This document shows positions 1 through 9,021 of a DNA stretch of 23,794 nucleotides, in pieces. The stretch's first letter is position 1; every line of letters starts with the position of its first letter. The DNA is from Planctomycetia bacterium (GTDB taxonomy: Bacteria; Planctomycetota; Planctomycetia; JALXBF01; JBGPMX01): contig DAIOWH010000095.1 of the NCBI GenBank assembly GCA_036758585.1, positions 1-23,794 on the forward strand, written 5' to 3'. The notes beneath the pieces are model-generated. The model had not been told where the DNA came from, did not search any database, and saw only the letters and a program-made list of their open reading frames with translations. The position numbers and the translations under genes were made by a program.

Positions 1-98
1 CACTACGACTTCCTTGGGACCGTAGTGCAGGCGGCCCGCCTGCAATGTCGTCAAAGGAAACCGCAGGCGAGCCGCCTGCACTACGACTTCCTTGGGAG
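1..98. repeat. Nested direct/inverted repeat cluster at window edge, upstream of the first CDS
   Basis: Read directly: 19-nt direct repeat 'cactacgacttccttggga' at 1-19 and 79-97. It flanks two GC hairpins (stem tgcaggc/gcctgca at 26-32/38-44; stem gcaggcg/cgcctgc at 63-69/73-79). 'cactacg' at 1-7 is complementary to 'cgtagtg' at 21-27. The element is cut by the window start, so its full extent is unknown. Confidence 0.35.
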
Positions 99-226
99 GA
101 CATTCTGACGGCCGGCCGGCCGCTCGACAACGCCCGCGCGGCCGGTTAATCTGTAGCCCGTCTGCTGGGTCCTTCCACGGTCAGTACCGATCCATCGAGT
201 GGCACACCAGAAAGGAGCTGCTTCCA

Positions 227-1579
227 ATGAAACTTGGTTCGAATCGACGTGATTTCCTCAGAAGCTCGACCATGGCCGGCGTCGGCTTTTGGGTCACCGG
301 AAGTTGTCTCGCACAAGAGAGCAAGTCGGCCAACGAGAAACTGCAAATCGCCTCGATCGGCGTGGGCGGCAAGGGATCGAGCGATTGCGACCAGGCCAAC
401 AACCACGGCAAGGTCGTGGCCATCTGCGACTGCGACGACAACCACCTCAAGCAAAAGGCTGAGCGGATGTCCGACGCCGCCAAGTTCAATGACTATCGCG
501 AAATGCTCGACAAGATGGCGACCAAGATCGACGCGGTCACGGTGAGCACCGCCGACCACACGCACGCGCACGCGAGCATCCTGGCGATGCGTCTCGGCAA
601 GCACGTGTACTGCCAGAAGCCGCTGACTCACACCGTCTGGGAAGCCCGCATGATGCGCGAGACGGCCCGGAAATATCGCGTCGCTACGCAGATGGGCAAC
701 CAGGGCACGGCCGAGAACGGGCTGCGCGAGGCCGTCGAGGTCATCCGCGCCGGGTCGATCGGACCGGTGAAGGAAATCCACGTCTGGACCAATCGCCCCG
801 TCTGGCCGCAAGCGCCGCAGATCATGGCGCGGCCGACCGAGAAGGTGGAGATCCCGAAGCACGTTCACTGGGACCTGTTTCTCGGCCCCGCGCCCGAGCG
901 GCCGTATCATCCGGCCTATCATCCGTTCAAGTGGCGCGGCTGGTGGGACTACGGCACCGGGGCCTTGGGCGACATGGCCTGCCACACGGCGAACATGGCG
1001 TTCATGGCGTGCAACCTGGGCTACCCGAAGTCGGTCTACGCCGAGTGCGGCGACCTGAACCCAGAGACGTATCCGACCTGGGCGCAGGTCACGCTCGAGT
1101 TCCCCGGCAGCCAGTCGATGCCGCCGGTGAAGTTTGTGTGGTACGAGGGCAAGAAGGACGGCAAGAAGGTTTTGCCGCCGGCCGAACTGCTTCACGGCGA
1201 AGAGCCGCCGGGCAGTGGCTCGCTGATCGTGGGCGAGAAGGGAATCCTGTATTCGCCGAACGACTACGGAGCCAGCTACAAGTTGCTGCCGGGCGAAAAC
1301 TTCAAGGACTTCAAGAAGCCCGACCCATATTTGCCGCGCAACGGACGCGGTGACGACGGCATGAAGGCCGAGTGGATCGCGGCGGCCAAGGGCGGCCCGC
1401 CAGCCATGTCGAACTTCGACTACGCCGGCTCGCTGACCGAGACCATTCTGCTCGGCAACATCGCGATCCGACTCGCCGGCCAGAAGCTTGAATGGGACGG
1501 TCCGAACCTCAAGTTCACCAACGTCGCCGAGGCGAACAACTACGTGAGCAAGCAGTACCGCAAGGGCTGGGAGATCTGA
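227..1579 (+). CDS. Gfo/Idh/MocA-family oxidoreductase with twin-arginine (TAT) signal peptide
   Basis: ATG at 227 preceded by AAAGGAG at 211-217. N-terminus [25 protein letters not shown] is a TAT signal. [10 protein letters not shown] is a Rossmann NAD(P)-binding motif. Overall Gfo/Idh/MocA-like architecture. The 5' ORF extension (92-226) was rejected. Confidence 0.85.
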   Translation: MKLGSNRRDFLRSSTMAGVGFWVTGSCLAQESKSANEKLQIASIGVGGKGSSDCDQANNHGKVVAICDCDDNHLKQKAERMSDAAKFNDYREMLDKMATKIDAVTVSTADHTHAHASILAMRLGKHVYCQKPLTHTVWEARMMRETARKYRVATQMGNQGTAENGLREAVEVIRAGSIGPVKEIHVWTNRPVWPQAPQIMARPTEKVEIPKHVHWDLFLGPAPERPYHPAYHPFKWRGWWDYGTGALGDMACHTANMAFMACNLGYPKSVYAECGDLNPETYPTWAQVTLEFPGSQSMPPVKFVWYEGKKDGKKVLPPAELLHGEEPPGSGSLIVGEKGILYSPNDYGASYKLLPGENFKDFKKPDPYLPRNGRGDDGMKAEWIAAAKGGPPAMSNFDYAGSLTETILLGNIAIRLAGQKLEWDGPNLKFTNVAEANNYVSKQYRKGWEI

Positions 1580-1596
1580 GCGTCGGTCGGTGCTTC

Positions 1597-3690
1597 ATGA
1601 ATCGTCTCGGTCCGTGCACGGTCGTGGTAATGCTCTTGGCGGGACCTGCTCTGTGGTCCGCTGCGCGGTCGCCGGCAGGCCAGGTCGATCCGTACGACGT
1701 CGTCGTCTACGGCGGCACGTCGGGCGGCGTGGCCGCGGCGGTGCAGGCTCGTCGCATGGGCAAGTCGGTCGTGCTCATCGAGCCGAGTCGCCACATCGGC
1801 GGGTTGTCGTCCGGCGGCCTCGGCGCGACCGACATCGGAAACAAGGCGGCGATCGGCGGCATCGCGCGCGAGTTCTATCGCCGGGTCGCCCGGTACTACG
1901 ACCGGCCCGATGCGTGGAAGTTCGAGTCGCGCGACCAATATCGCAGCGGCCGCCAATCGGCCGGCGAAGACACCATGTGGACTTTCGAGCCGCACGCAGC
2001 GGAACAGATCTTCCGCGAGATGCTGGCCGAGGCCAAGGCGCCGGTGATCGAAGGCGAACGACTCGACCTGAAGAACGGCGTGAGCAAGACCGGAACAAGG
2101 ATCCTCTCGATCACCATGGAGAGCGGCCGAACGTTTCGCGGCGAGATGTTCATCGACGCCACCTACGAAGGCGACCTGATGGCTGGGGCGGGCGCGAAGT
2201 ACACGGTCGGCCGCGAGGCGAACGCCCAGTACGCCGAGACGCTCAGCGGCGTGCAGACACGGAACGCCAAGTCGCACCAGTTTATCAAGCCAGTCGATCC
2301 CTACATTCGACCGGGCGATCGGTCGAGCGGCCTGCTGCCGGGCATCGACCCCAACGGACCGGGCGAAGAAGGATCGCAAGATCATCGCGTCCAAACTTAC
2401 AACCTGCGCATCGCCGCGACCGACGCCGCCGCCAACCGACTGCCGTGGCCCAAGCCGGCCGGCTACGACCCGATGCTCTATGAACTGCTGCTGCGCAACT
2501 TCGAGGCGGGCGACGAGCGAGTGCCGTGGTCGGTCCACATGATGCCGAACCGAAAGACCGACGCGAACAATAACTTCGCCGTCTCCACCGACTTCATCGG
2601 ACAAAACTACGCATACCCCGACGGCGACTACGCGACTCGCCAGCGAATCTATCGCGAACACCTGAGCTACACGCAGGGCCTGTTCTGGACGCTGGCCAAC
2701 AGCCCGCGCGTGCCGGAGAAGATCCGGAGCTACTTCCAGAACTGGGGTCCGTCGCGCGACGAGTTCACCGACAACGACCACTGGCCGCACCAGCTCTACG
2801 TGCGCGAGGCTCGCCGCATGGTCGGCGACTACGTGATGACCGAACACAACTGTCGCGGCACTCGCGTCGCCGAAGATTCGGTCGGCATGGGCGCCTACAA
2901 CATGGACTCGCACAACACGCAGCGCTACGTCGACGCCGACGGCCACGTCCGCAACGAGGGCGATATCCAGGTCGGCGTGCGACCGTACCCGATCTCGTAT
3001 CGTTCGATCGTGCCGCGCCAGTCCGAGTGCTCCAACCTGCTCGTGCCGGTTTGCCTTTCCGCCTCGCACATTTCGTATGGCTCAATCCGCATGGAACCGG
3101 TCTTCATGGTGCTCGGCCAGTCGGCCGCGACCGCCGCCGCGCACGCGATCGACGGGCGAACGAGCGTGCAGCAGATCGACTACGCCGGACTGAAAGTGCG
3201 ACTGCTCGCCGACCAGCAGGTCCTCGTCTGGACCGGCCCGGCGGCAGCGACCGGCGTTGATCCGAAGCAGTTGCCTGGCCTGGTGCTCGACGACTCGCAA
3301 GCCAAGCTCACCGGGCAGTGGACCGCGAGCAGTTCGATCGGCGGCTTCGTGGGCAACGCCTATCTGCACGACGGCAACGAAGCCAAGGGCGAAAAAGCGG
3401 CTCGTTTTGAGTTCACGGTCAAGACCTCCGGCCGCTACGAAGTCCGCATCTCATACACCCCGAACCCGAACCGTGCCACGAACGTCCCCGTCACCGTGAC
3501 GAGTGCCGACGGCGATCGCACGATCGCCGTGAACCAACGCCAGGCCCCCTCAGGCGCCGGCGCCAAGACCTTCCACACGCTCGGCACGTTCCGATTCGAC
3601 GCCGCGCGACCGGGCGCGGTGGTAATCTCAAACCTCGGAACCGACGGCCACGTGATTGTGGATGCGGTTCAAGTCGTGCCCGTCAATTGA
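1597..3690 (+). CDS. FAD-dependent oxidoreductase (PF12831-like, secreted) with C-terminal beta-rich domain
   Basis: The in-frame Met at 1597 gives a signal peptide (MNRLGPCTVVVMLLAGPALWSAA). A DVVVYGGTSGGVAAA GxGxxG FAD-binding motif follows. It sits 17 nt after the upstream stop, so it is probably co-transcribed. ~700 aa is typical of the planctomycete/verrucomicrobial FAD_oxidored family. Confidence 0.8.
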   Translation: MNRLGPCTVVVMLLAGPALWSAARSPAGQVDPYDVVVYGGTSGGVAAAVQARRMGKSVVLIEPSRHIGGLSSGGLGATDIGNKAAIGGIAREFYRRVARYYDRPDAWKFESRDQYRSGRQSAGEDTMWTFEPHAAEQIFREMLAEAKAPVIEGERLDLKNGVSKTGTRILSITMESGRTFRGEMFIDATYEGDLMAGAGAKYTVGREANAQYAETLSGVQTRNAKSHQFIKPVDPYIRPGDRSSGLLPGIDPNGPGEEGSQDHRVQTYNLRIAATDAAANRLPWPKPAGYDPMLYELLLRNFEAGDERVPWSVHMMPNRKTDANNNFAVSTDFIGQNYAYPDGDYATRQRIYREHLSYTQGLFWTLANSPRVPEKIRSYFQNWGPSRDEFTDNDHWPHQLYVREARRMVGDYVMTEHNCRGTRVAEDSVGMGAYNMDSHNTQRYVDADGHVRNEGDIQVGVRPYPISYRSIVPRQSECSNLLVPVCLSASHISYGSIRMEPVFMVLGQSAATAAAHAIDGRTSVQQIDYAGLKVRLLADQQVLVWTGPAAATGVDPKQLPGLVLDDSQAKLTGQWTASSSIGGFVGNAYLHDGNEAKGEKAARFEFTVKTSGRYEVRISYTPNPNRATNVPVTVTSADGDRTIAVNQRQAPSGAGAKTFHTLGTFRFDAARPGAVVISNLGTDGHVIVDAVQVVPVN

Positions 3691-3705
3691 ACGTGGGATG
3701 GAATC

Positions 3706-4437
3706 CTACTCGCGGATTCGTAGGGCTGCGCAGGCCGCCGAATAGCTCTCGTGCAGCGCGAGCGGCACGCACAAGTCGAGCGAAAGCCAGAGGGGGAGCG
3801 TCGGCAGCAACTCGCCGAGCGCAAGCGGCTCCGGCCACGCCTCGACGCGCGGGCTGTCGACCACGGTTACGGGCCTGTAAGCAATTGCGTACAGGCCGGT
3901 GGATGACTGCCAGGCAGGCCCGCCCGAAATCTGCAGCGATTGCCAAAGGTCGGCGTGCAGATTCGCGATCCGCTCGGTCACCACGTCAATGATGACGAGC
4001 GCCACGCCGTGTTTGAGATACCCGGCGCACTTCGCGGCGAACACCTGGCGACTGGCAGGCCGGTCCTTGTTCGATGGGCTGATCAACTCAATCGCCGCTC
4101 GAAGCTGCGCGCCGCCCAGATCCTCGAACACGCGCACCTCGCACGTGTCTAGGTGGGCGAAGTCCACCGTCGCCGTGATGGTCGGCTGCGGCGGCGCCCA
4201 CACCGCCATCGCCACTCCGCCCTCGGACGCCACCGCCCCTTTCGACTCGACATTCTCCAGCGTGGCCACGTCGATCTCCATCGCCGGACCGAGGCTGATT
4301 TCGGGTTCGGCGAAGTAATTCTCGGGCAGGACGTCCTGGTTCAGGTGCTGGGCGATCGACGTGGCCCATGCATGATGGAATCCCTCCCATCGGCGTGGAC
4401 CTCGCAGCGGCGGATGAAAATGATCGAGAAGCGGCAT
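3706..4437 (-). CDS. DUF4058-family protein (Uma2-related restriction-endonuclease-like fold), function unknown
   Basis: 243-aa ORF. ATG at 4437 with GAGG 5 nt upstream. The sequence MPLLDHFHPPL...IELISPSNK...LVIIDVV resembles DUF4058 proteins common in cyanobacteria and planctomycetes (recognition from memory, not searched). Confidence 0.6.
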   Translation of the reverse strand: MPLLDHFHPPLRGPRRWEGFHHAWATSIAQHLNQDVLPENYFAEPEISLGPAMEIDVATLENVESKGAVASEGGVAMAVWAPPQPTITATVDFAHLDTCEVRVFEDLGGAQLRAAIELISPSNKDRPASRQVFAAKCAGYLKHGVALVIIDVVTERIANLHADLWQSLQISGGPAWQSSTGLYAIAYRPVTVVDSPRVEAWPEPLALGELLPTLPLWLSLDLCVPLALHESYSAACAALRIRE

Positions 4438-4570
4438 ACGAGCCTCGCTAACGTATTGAAGGCATTCTAGCCGTCGACGTTGCCGGAATCAGCCCTTCTC
4501 TCCCAGTCCCAGTTCACCTTGACCATCGCAACCGCGACAAGAGAACTGTGGCTCTCCGCCAATCTTGGAG

Positions 4571-4605
4571 TGCAGGCATCCCGCCTGCCGGATCCTGCAC
4601 CAGTT
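4571..4605. repeat. GC hairpin 'gtgcaggcatcccgcctgccggatcctgcac', same TGCAGGC...GCCTGC family as the repeat at 1-98
   Basis: Read directly: inverted repeat gtgcagg/cctgcac enclosing caggc/gcctg. It lies in the intergenic region between the isomerase 3' end and the DUF4058 5' end. Both strands give short ORFs sharing 'VQASRLP' because of the palindrome. Confidence 0.25.
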
Positions 4606-4683
4606 GTTGGCAAGCGGGACGCCTGCACCCCAATAATCCCCAAAGCTTGCGGAGAGCCAGAACTATGCAACCTCGAAGGAGTG

Positions 4684-5544
4684 TCATCGGCCTCTCTGGT
4701 CCAGCGCAGATTTGAGGTACTTGACGCTCTTCAATACCGCCTTGTGTTCGTCGCCCGACCGCGGGTGCAGGTAGTCAACCTCGACGGCAAGCAGGCCGCC
4801 GTACTTCACTTTCCGCAGGATGCCGAGCACCACGAGAATGTCCACGACGCCCTCGCCGAGCGGCACGCTGGGCCAGAAACTGAATTCCTTGGGGTCGCCC
4901 CGGAAGCTGATCACGTCCTTAACGTGCGTCGCTCGCGTCCAGGGGGCGAGCGTGCGGGCGACCGCCACGGGATCCTCGAACAGGCGGACGTTGTTCGCCG
5001 TGTCCAGACAGACGCCGAGCCACGGCGAGTCGATGTCGCTCATCAGCTCGGCCATCTCGGCGGCGGTGAGGTCGATGTGGTTTTCCATGGCCATGACGAC
5101 GCCGTGGTCGCGGGCCGGAGTGACCAGACTGCGGAGCATGTTGAGCAACCGGCGACGATGCACCGCCCACGAGTTCGGCCGAGTGCGGCGACTGCCACCG
5201 ACGATTCGCATCACCTTCGCGCCCAGCCGCTGAGCCACACCGAGGTGGACCACCAAGTCCTTGGCGGCGGCCCGGTCGGTTCCTGATCGCAACCCGTTCG
5301 GGTGCCCCCACGCCCAGACTCGCTCGAACCCATGTTGATCGAGCGAGTCGCGCAGGCGGCCGACGAGCGCGTCGTCCGGCGGCGGCAGGAAGCAAGACTC
5401 GATCGACACGCCCGCCACGCCGAGCCGTCGCGCGAGCCGCAGGAAATCCCAAACCGTCATGCGACGCCCAGGGTCCGCTTGCAGGCCCGGATACCATTCG
5501 CCGAAGTAGCGATGAAAACAGTACGAGTCGATGGCGAGTTTCAT
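4684..5544 (-). CDS. Sugar phosphate isomerase/epimerase (xylose isomerase-like TIM barrel, AP endonuclease family 2)
   Basis: ATG at 5544 (MKLAIDSYCFHRYFGEW...). Conserved features of xylose-isomerase-like TIM barrels (MENHIDLT, CLDTANN, HVKD). The upstream 100-aa extension of the tracked ORF has no homology and overlaps the intergenic region. Confidence 0.8.
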   Translation of the reverse strand: MKLAIDSYCFHRYFGEWYPGLQADPGRRMTVWDFLRLARRLGVAGVSIESCFLPPPDDALVGRLRDSLDQHGFERVWAWGHPNGLRSGTDRAAAKDLVVHLGVAQRLGAKVMRIVGGSRRTRPNSWAVHRRRLLNMLRSLVTPARDHGVVMAMENHIDLTAAEMAELMSDIDSPWLGVCLDTANNVRLFEDPVAVARTLAPWTRATHVKDVISFRGDPKEFSFWPSVPLGEGVVDILVVLGILRKVKYGGLLAVEVDYLHPRSGDEHKAVLKSVKYLKSALDQRGR

Positions 5545-5663
5545 AGCGGGGAATCTATCACGCGGCCGGCAGTGAGTCACGTCGCAGAGCGCGTAGTCCA
5601 CTGTCCAGGGCCAGAGGCGGAACGTGCTACTGGCCCTCGACCCTGGACTCTCGACCTTGGACC

Positions 5664-6338
5664 TCACCGGAATCGCCAGCCGGTGAGTGCCGCCCAGGGG
5701 ATGAATGTGATCATGACTCCCGCGCCGGTAACGACCATGCTCGGCGGATGATCGAGCGCGGCCGCGACGGTCAGGCCGATGCCGATCGTCCACATGAGGA
5801 AACCGAGCAGCCCCAGCCAATCGCGCTGAAACCTGCAGCGCCACGAGATCGCGCTCATGACCAGCCCGCCGAGGCAGTACAGGCCGTTGGCCGCACCGGC
5901 ACCCAGCAGCGCGTACAGGCGAGCCTCACTCGCGAATTGGGCGACTGAGATGCCGGATCGCGTCAGCCGGATGTTCACAAGTTCGCCCGTCAGATCGCAC
6001 GCCAAGCCGATCGCACAGAGTACACAGCCCGCGACGATGCCGGCGCGGTTGCCGCCGAGTCTGGCCAGGTGCTTGCCCCAAACGATGAACAGAGCGAGCA
6101 AGCTTGTCGAGGCGACCATCCAGCCGACCCAGAGCACGGTCCAAGACGCCGCGTGGTCGCCGACCCATTCAGCTCGCTGCGCGATCAGCGGCTGAGCCTC
6201 GGTTCCTCCGCTTGCCAACAACAGCCCGACGCACGCGGCGATGTGAACTGCCACGCCAAACCAAGCGATCCACGTACTCACGCGAACGCGCGCGGCACCG
6301 ACGCGGCCGGATTCAGATTGGATCGGTGGTTCATTCAC
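5664..6338 (-). CDS. Hypothetical polytopic membrane protein (about 6 predicted TM helices)
   Basis: The C-terminal ~220 aa of the tracked 387-aa ORF is strongly hydrophobic (WIAWFGVAVHIAACVGLLLA..., LLALFIVWG..., LGFLMWTIGIGLTVAAAL...). The N-terminal 160 aa overlaps the LOG gene on the other strand and was rejected. Start tentatively at GTG 6338, with an alternative GTG ~60 nt downstream. No clear RBS. Confidence 0.45.
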   Translation of the reverse strand: MNEPPIQSESGRVGAARVRVSTWIAWFGVAVHIAACVGLLLASGGTEAQPLIAQRAEWVGDHAASWTVLWVGWMVASTSLLALFIVWGKHLARLGGNRAGIVAGCVLCAIGLACDLTGELVNIRLTRSGISVAQFASEARLYALLGAGAANGLYCLGGLVMSAISWRCRFQRDWLGLLGFLMWTIGIGLTVAAALDHPPSMVVTGAGVMITFIPWAALTGWRFR

Positions 6339-6449
6339 GGCGTGTGCCGGTTGTCGTTCAGTGTAAGATCGCTCACGTCGTAGTACTGTGCGGTGGTATC
6401 TTACCCGCCACGTCGGGTTGGTCGAGCCGGCAGGCCGGAGAACTTTACG

Positions 6450-7031
6450 ATGCGGCGAATCTGTGTCTTCTGTGGTTCCAAGGTGGGTGCGGGCGGCGCG
6501 TATCGCGCGGCGGCTGAGGATCTGGGCCGGTTGATGGCCGAGCGCGGCCACGGACTCGTGTACGGCGGCGGCAGCGTCGGGCTGATGGGGGTGATCGCCG
6601 ACACGGTGCTGGCCGCCGGCGGCGAAGTGATCGGCGTCATTCCCGAGCGGCTCGCGACCGCGGAGCTGCTGCACACCGGCGTGCAAGACATGCACGTCAT
6701 GGCCAGCATGCACGCGCGCAAGGCACGCATGGCCGAACTGTCCGACGCATTCATCGCCATGCCCGGCGGCTTCGGCACCTTCGAAGAACTGTTTGAGATG
6801 ATCACCTGGTCGCAGCTCGGCATCCATCGCAAGCCGGTCGGACTACTCAACGTGGCCGGCTACTTCGAGCCGCTCGTGCAACTGATTGATCACGCGGTCG
6901 CCGAGGGGTTCATCAAGCCGAAGTACCGCGGACTTGTTGTCCTGGCCGAGCGCCCGGCCGCCCTGCTCGACGAACTGGCTCGCCATCATGCCCCGGGCGC
7001 TCCGCAATTGGTTCGCCCGGAAGAGAGCTAA
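6450..7031 (+). CDS. LOG-family cytokinin riboside 5'-monophosphate phosphoribohydrolase (TIGR00730)
   Basis: MRRICVFCGS...GLVYGGGSVGLMG...PGGFGTFEEL are the hallmark LOG motifs. Met at 6450. Divergent from the membrane protein gene. Confidence 0.85.
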   Translation: MRRICVFCGSKVGAGGAYRAAAEDLGRLMAERGHGLVYGGGSVGLMGVIADTVLAAGGEVIGVIPERLATAELLHTGVQDMHVMASMHARKARMAELSDAFIAMPGGFGTFEELFEMITWSQLGIHRKPVGLLNVAGYFEPLVQLIDHAVAEGFIKPKYRGLVVLAERPAALLDELARHHAPGAPQLVRPEES

Positions 7032-7230
7032 TGCGGTTGGTTACGCGACTCTTGGGTTTACGGCGGCGCGCCTTGGATCCGACGCGGGCCTGGGCGGAAC
7101 ACTACCGAACCAACACGACTTGAGCCCGGAAATCACACCGTCGCCCACTCGCCGGTGGCCTTCCGTCGCACCAGCCCGAAACGCTGACTAATCGCGCAGC
7201 ACCATGTCCCCGGGCACCATCCTCGACACT

Positions 7231-7545
7231 TCTCCCTCCCCGTTGCGGCATTGGTATCTACACAAGTCCGAGACAGGGCCAGCCGCGAAGCGGCGCGAGT
7301 CGATAGCCAGGGGCGCAAGCCGGCTAACGCCCCTGGCTATCGACTCACGTCCCTTCGGGACTAAGTACTGTGCCACATTGAATAGGGTGTGAAATCGGCT
7401 TCGGTCGTTTAACCCGCAGCCGCAGGCGAGGCATGGCTGGCGCTTGTTGTGCCTCGCCTGCGGCTGCGGGTTAAACGAATTCGGACCCCTTTCAATGCGG
7501 AGCGGTACTAAGTTGTGTAGATACCAATGCCGTTGCGGGGAGAGT
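7231..7545. repeat. Inverted-repeat-bounded structured element (candidate MITE or structured ncRNA) in a convergent intergenic region
   Basis: Read directly: imperfect ~30-bp terminal inverted repeats. The left arm (7231-7265) is 'tctccctccccgttgcggcattggtatctacacaa'. The right arm (7513-7544) is 'ttgtgtagataccaatgccgttgcggggagag', with 20 bp perfect. Inside are a 15-bp perfect hairpin (7301-7342), two C(UUCG)G tetraloop hairpins (7349-7361, 7395-7406) and a 27-bp perfect hairpin (7407-7476). A degenerate third copy of the terminal repeat is at 7568-7587. Confidence 0.45.
7407..7476. other. Perfect 27-bp GC-rich hairpin (gtttaacccgcagccgcaggcgaggca / 16-nt loop / reverse complement)
   Basis: Read directly. 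No downstream T-tract, so it is not a canonical intrinsic terminator. It generates mirror ORFs on both strands encoding 'CLACGCGLN'. Confidence 0.7.
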
Positions 7546-7641
7546 CGGGGTGAGGGGTTGGCGGCATGTTGTAGGTACCAATACCCGGCGCTCAGCCCGC
7601 AGTTGGTTCTGCCCGACGAGTGTTGACAGATTCCTCGCGAC

Positions 7642-9006
7642 TCACGCCGCAATTCGTGGGCCTTCCGACTTGTCGACGCACGCGGCGACGGCCAGATCGC
7701 CGGTCACGTTCAGGACTGTGCGAGACATATCGAGGATGCGATCGACGCCCAGGATGATCGCGATGCCCTCGCCCGGCACGCCGACCGAACGCAGCAACAC
7801 GACAATGAGCGGAATCGAACCGCCCGGCACGCCGGCCGTGCCCACCCCCGCCAGCACCGACATGAGCACCACCTTGATTTGGTCGGCAAGCGACAGCTCC
7901 ACCCCGAACACCTGGGCCAGGAACAGCACGACGATGCCTTCGTACAGCGCGGTGCCGTTCTGGTTGCCGGTGGCGCCGACGGTCAGTACGAAGTTGCTGA
8001 TCTCGGGTCGCAGCCGCAGTCGTTCGCGGGCCACCTCGATGGCCGTGGGCAGCGTCGCGTTCGACGACGATGTGGCGAACGCGGTGAGCATGGCCTCGGA
8101 GACGTCGCGAAAGAACGCGGCTGGACTGCGGCCGCCGAACACCCGCACCGCGCACGAATACACCACGCACAAGTGCAGGGCCAGCCCGATCATCACCGTG
8201 AGCACGAACCAGAAGAGCGTCCGCAGGATATCGACGCCCAGCCGCGCGGTCATGGCGAACACCAATCCGGCCACGGCGATCGGGGCGAGTCGCATGGCGA
8301 AGTGGATGATCGCCATGCAGGCGTCGAATACGCCTTCGAGCACGCTGACCACGCCGGCCCGCCGGCCTTCCGGCACGACCGCCAGAGCGACGCCGAACAC
8401 GAGCGCGAAGAACATCACCGACAACATGCCGTTGCCCTTCGAGCTGCCGTCGAGCGCCCCGACCATCTCCTGCAGCGGGTTCTCGGGAATGATGTGCAGC
8501 AGCGTATCGCGCAGCGACTTGGCACTCTTGGCCTTGGTCACCATCTCGCCCGCGCCGGCGGCGTATTGGGCCTTGAGCTGTTCGCGCTGCGCCTCGGGCA
8601 AGCTGGCGCCAGGCTCGATCAGGTTCACCAGAGCGATCCCAATCGCCACGGCCGTAAGCGAGAAGCCGAGCGTGAACACGAGCGTGCGCACGCCGACGCG
8701 GCCGAGTCGCCTCACGTCGCCGATGCCGACCACGCCCAGCGCCAACGCCGAGAACACCATCGGCACGACGATCATGAAGATCAGTCGCAAGAAGACCTGC
8801 CCCACCGGTTCGGCCACGTTGCGCGCGACGGCGTCGAGCGTCTCGTTCATCTTGCCGTCAGGCCCGCGCGGAAACGACAGGTTGGCGATCACGCCGGCCA
8901 TGGCGCCGAGCACCAGTCCAATCCCGATCTGCCAGTGCAGTGCAAGTCGCCCGCTCGATTCTTGAGGTGCTTTCTCAGCCAAGCCTGCCCGTCCTTTGGC
9001 CAGCAT
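7642..9006 (-). CDS. Dicarboxylate/amino acid:cation symporter (DAACS family, GltP/DctA-like)
   Basis: 454 aa, multi-TM. The N-terminus LALHWQIGIGLVLGAMAGV and the motifs SSSNATLPT and GVPGGS are typical of sodium:dicarboxylate symporter family proteins. Confidence 0.85.
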   Translation of the reverse strand: MLAKGRAGLAEKAPQESSGRLALHWQIGIGLVLGAMAGVIANLSFPRGPDGKMNETLDAVARNVAEPVGQVFLRLIFMIVVPMVFSALALGVVGIGDVRRLGRVGVRTLVFTLGFSLTAVAIGIALVNLIEPGASLPEAQREQLKAQYAAGAGEMVTKAKSAKSLRDTLLHIIPENPLQEMVGALDGSSKGNGMLSVMFFALVFGVALAVVPEGRRAGVVSVLEGVFDACMAIIHFAMRLAPIAVAGLVFAMTARLGVDILRTLFWFVLTVMIGLALHLCVVYSCAVRVFGGRSPAAFFRDVSEAMLTAFATSSSNATLPTAIEVARERLRLRPEISNFVLTVGATGNQNGTALYEGIVVLFLAQVFGVELSLADQIKVVLMSVLAGVGTAGVPGGSIPLIVVLLRSVGVPGEGIAIILGVDRILDMSRTVLNVTGDLAVAACVDKSEGPRIAA

Positions 9007-9021
9007 CCATGTTGTCGCGCG

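Noticed and set aside
1540-3069. 509-aa minus-strand ORF antisense to the FAD oxidoreductase. Similar long antisense ORFs were seen at 146-1195(-), 7550-8965(+), 7879-9108(+), 12884-13846(-), 15509-16609(+), 16968-18128(+), 17866-19203(+), 19122-20939(+) and 22473-23771(+).
   Set aside because: All are Arg/Ala/Pro-rich with no domain signatures. They fully overlap well-supported genes on the other strand and are the expected stop-codon-poor shadows in ~68% GC DNA.
5545-6827. N-terminal extensions of tracked ORFs (isomerase to 5844; membrane protein to 6827; LOG from 6393; oxidoreductases from 92 and 1492)
   Set aside because: The extensions lack homology, run through intergenic or opposite-strand coding DNA, and start upstream of clear RBS, signal-peptide or conserved N-termini. 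Starts were trimmed to the supported Met/GTG.
7381-7410. Possible RNase P RNA (the 'agggtgtgaaatcgg' segment resembles CR-II 'AGGGUGAAA')
   Set aside because: No GGAAAGUCCGG (CR-I) or ACAGAACCCGGCUUA (CR-IV) anywhere nearby. The resemblance is a short coincidence.
7623-7628. 'TTGACA' -35-like hexamer
   Set aside because: No -10 element at appropriate spacing and no plus-strand gene downstream. It lies at the 3' end of the minus-strand symporter gene.
7188-7652. ORFs 7188-7652(-) and 7444-7626(+), both encoding 'CLACGCGLN'
   Set aside because: They are mirror-image translations of the 27-bp perfect hairpin, with no coding signal. The region was treated as non-coding.
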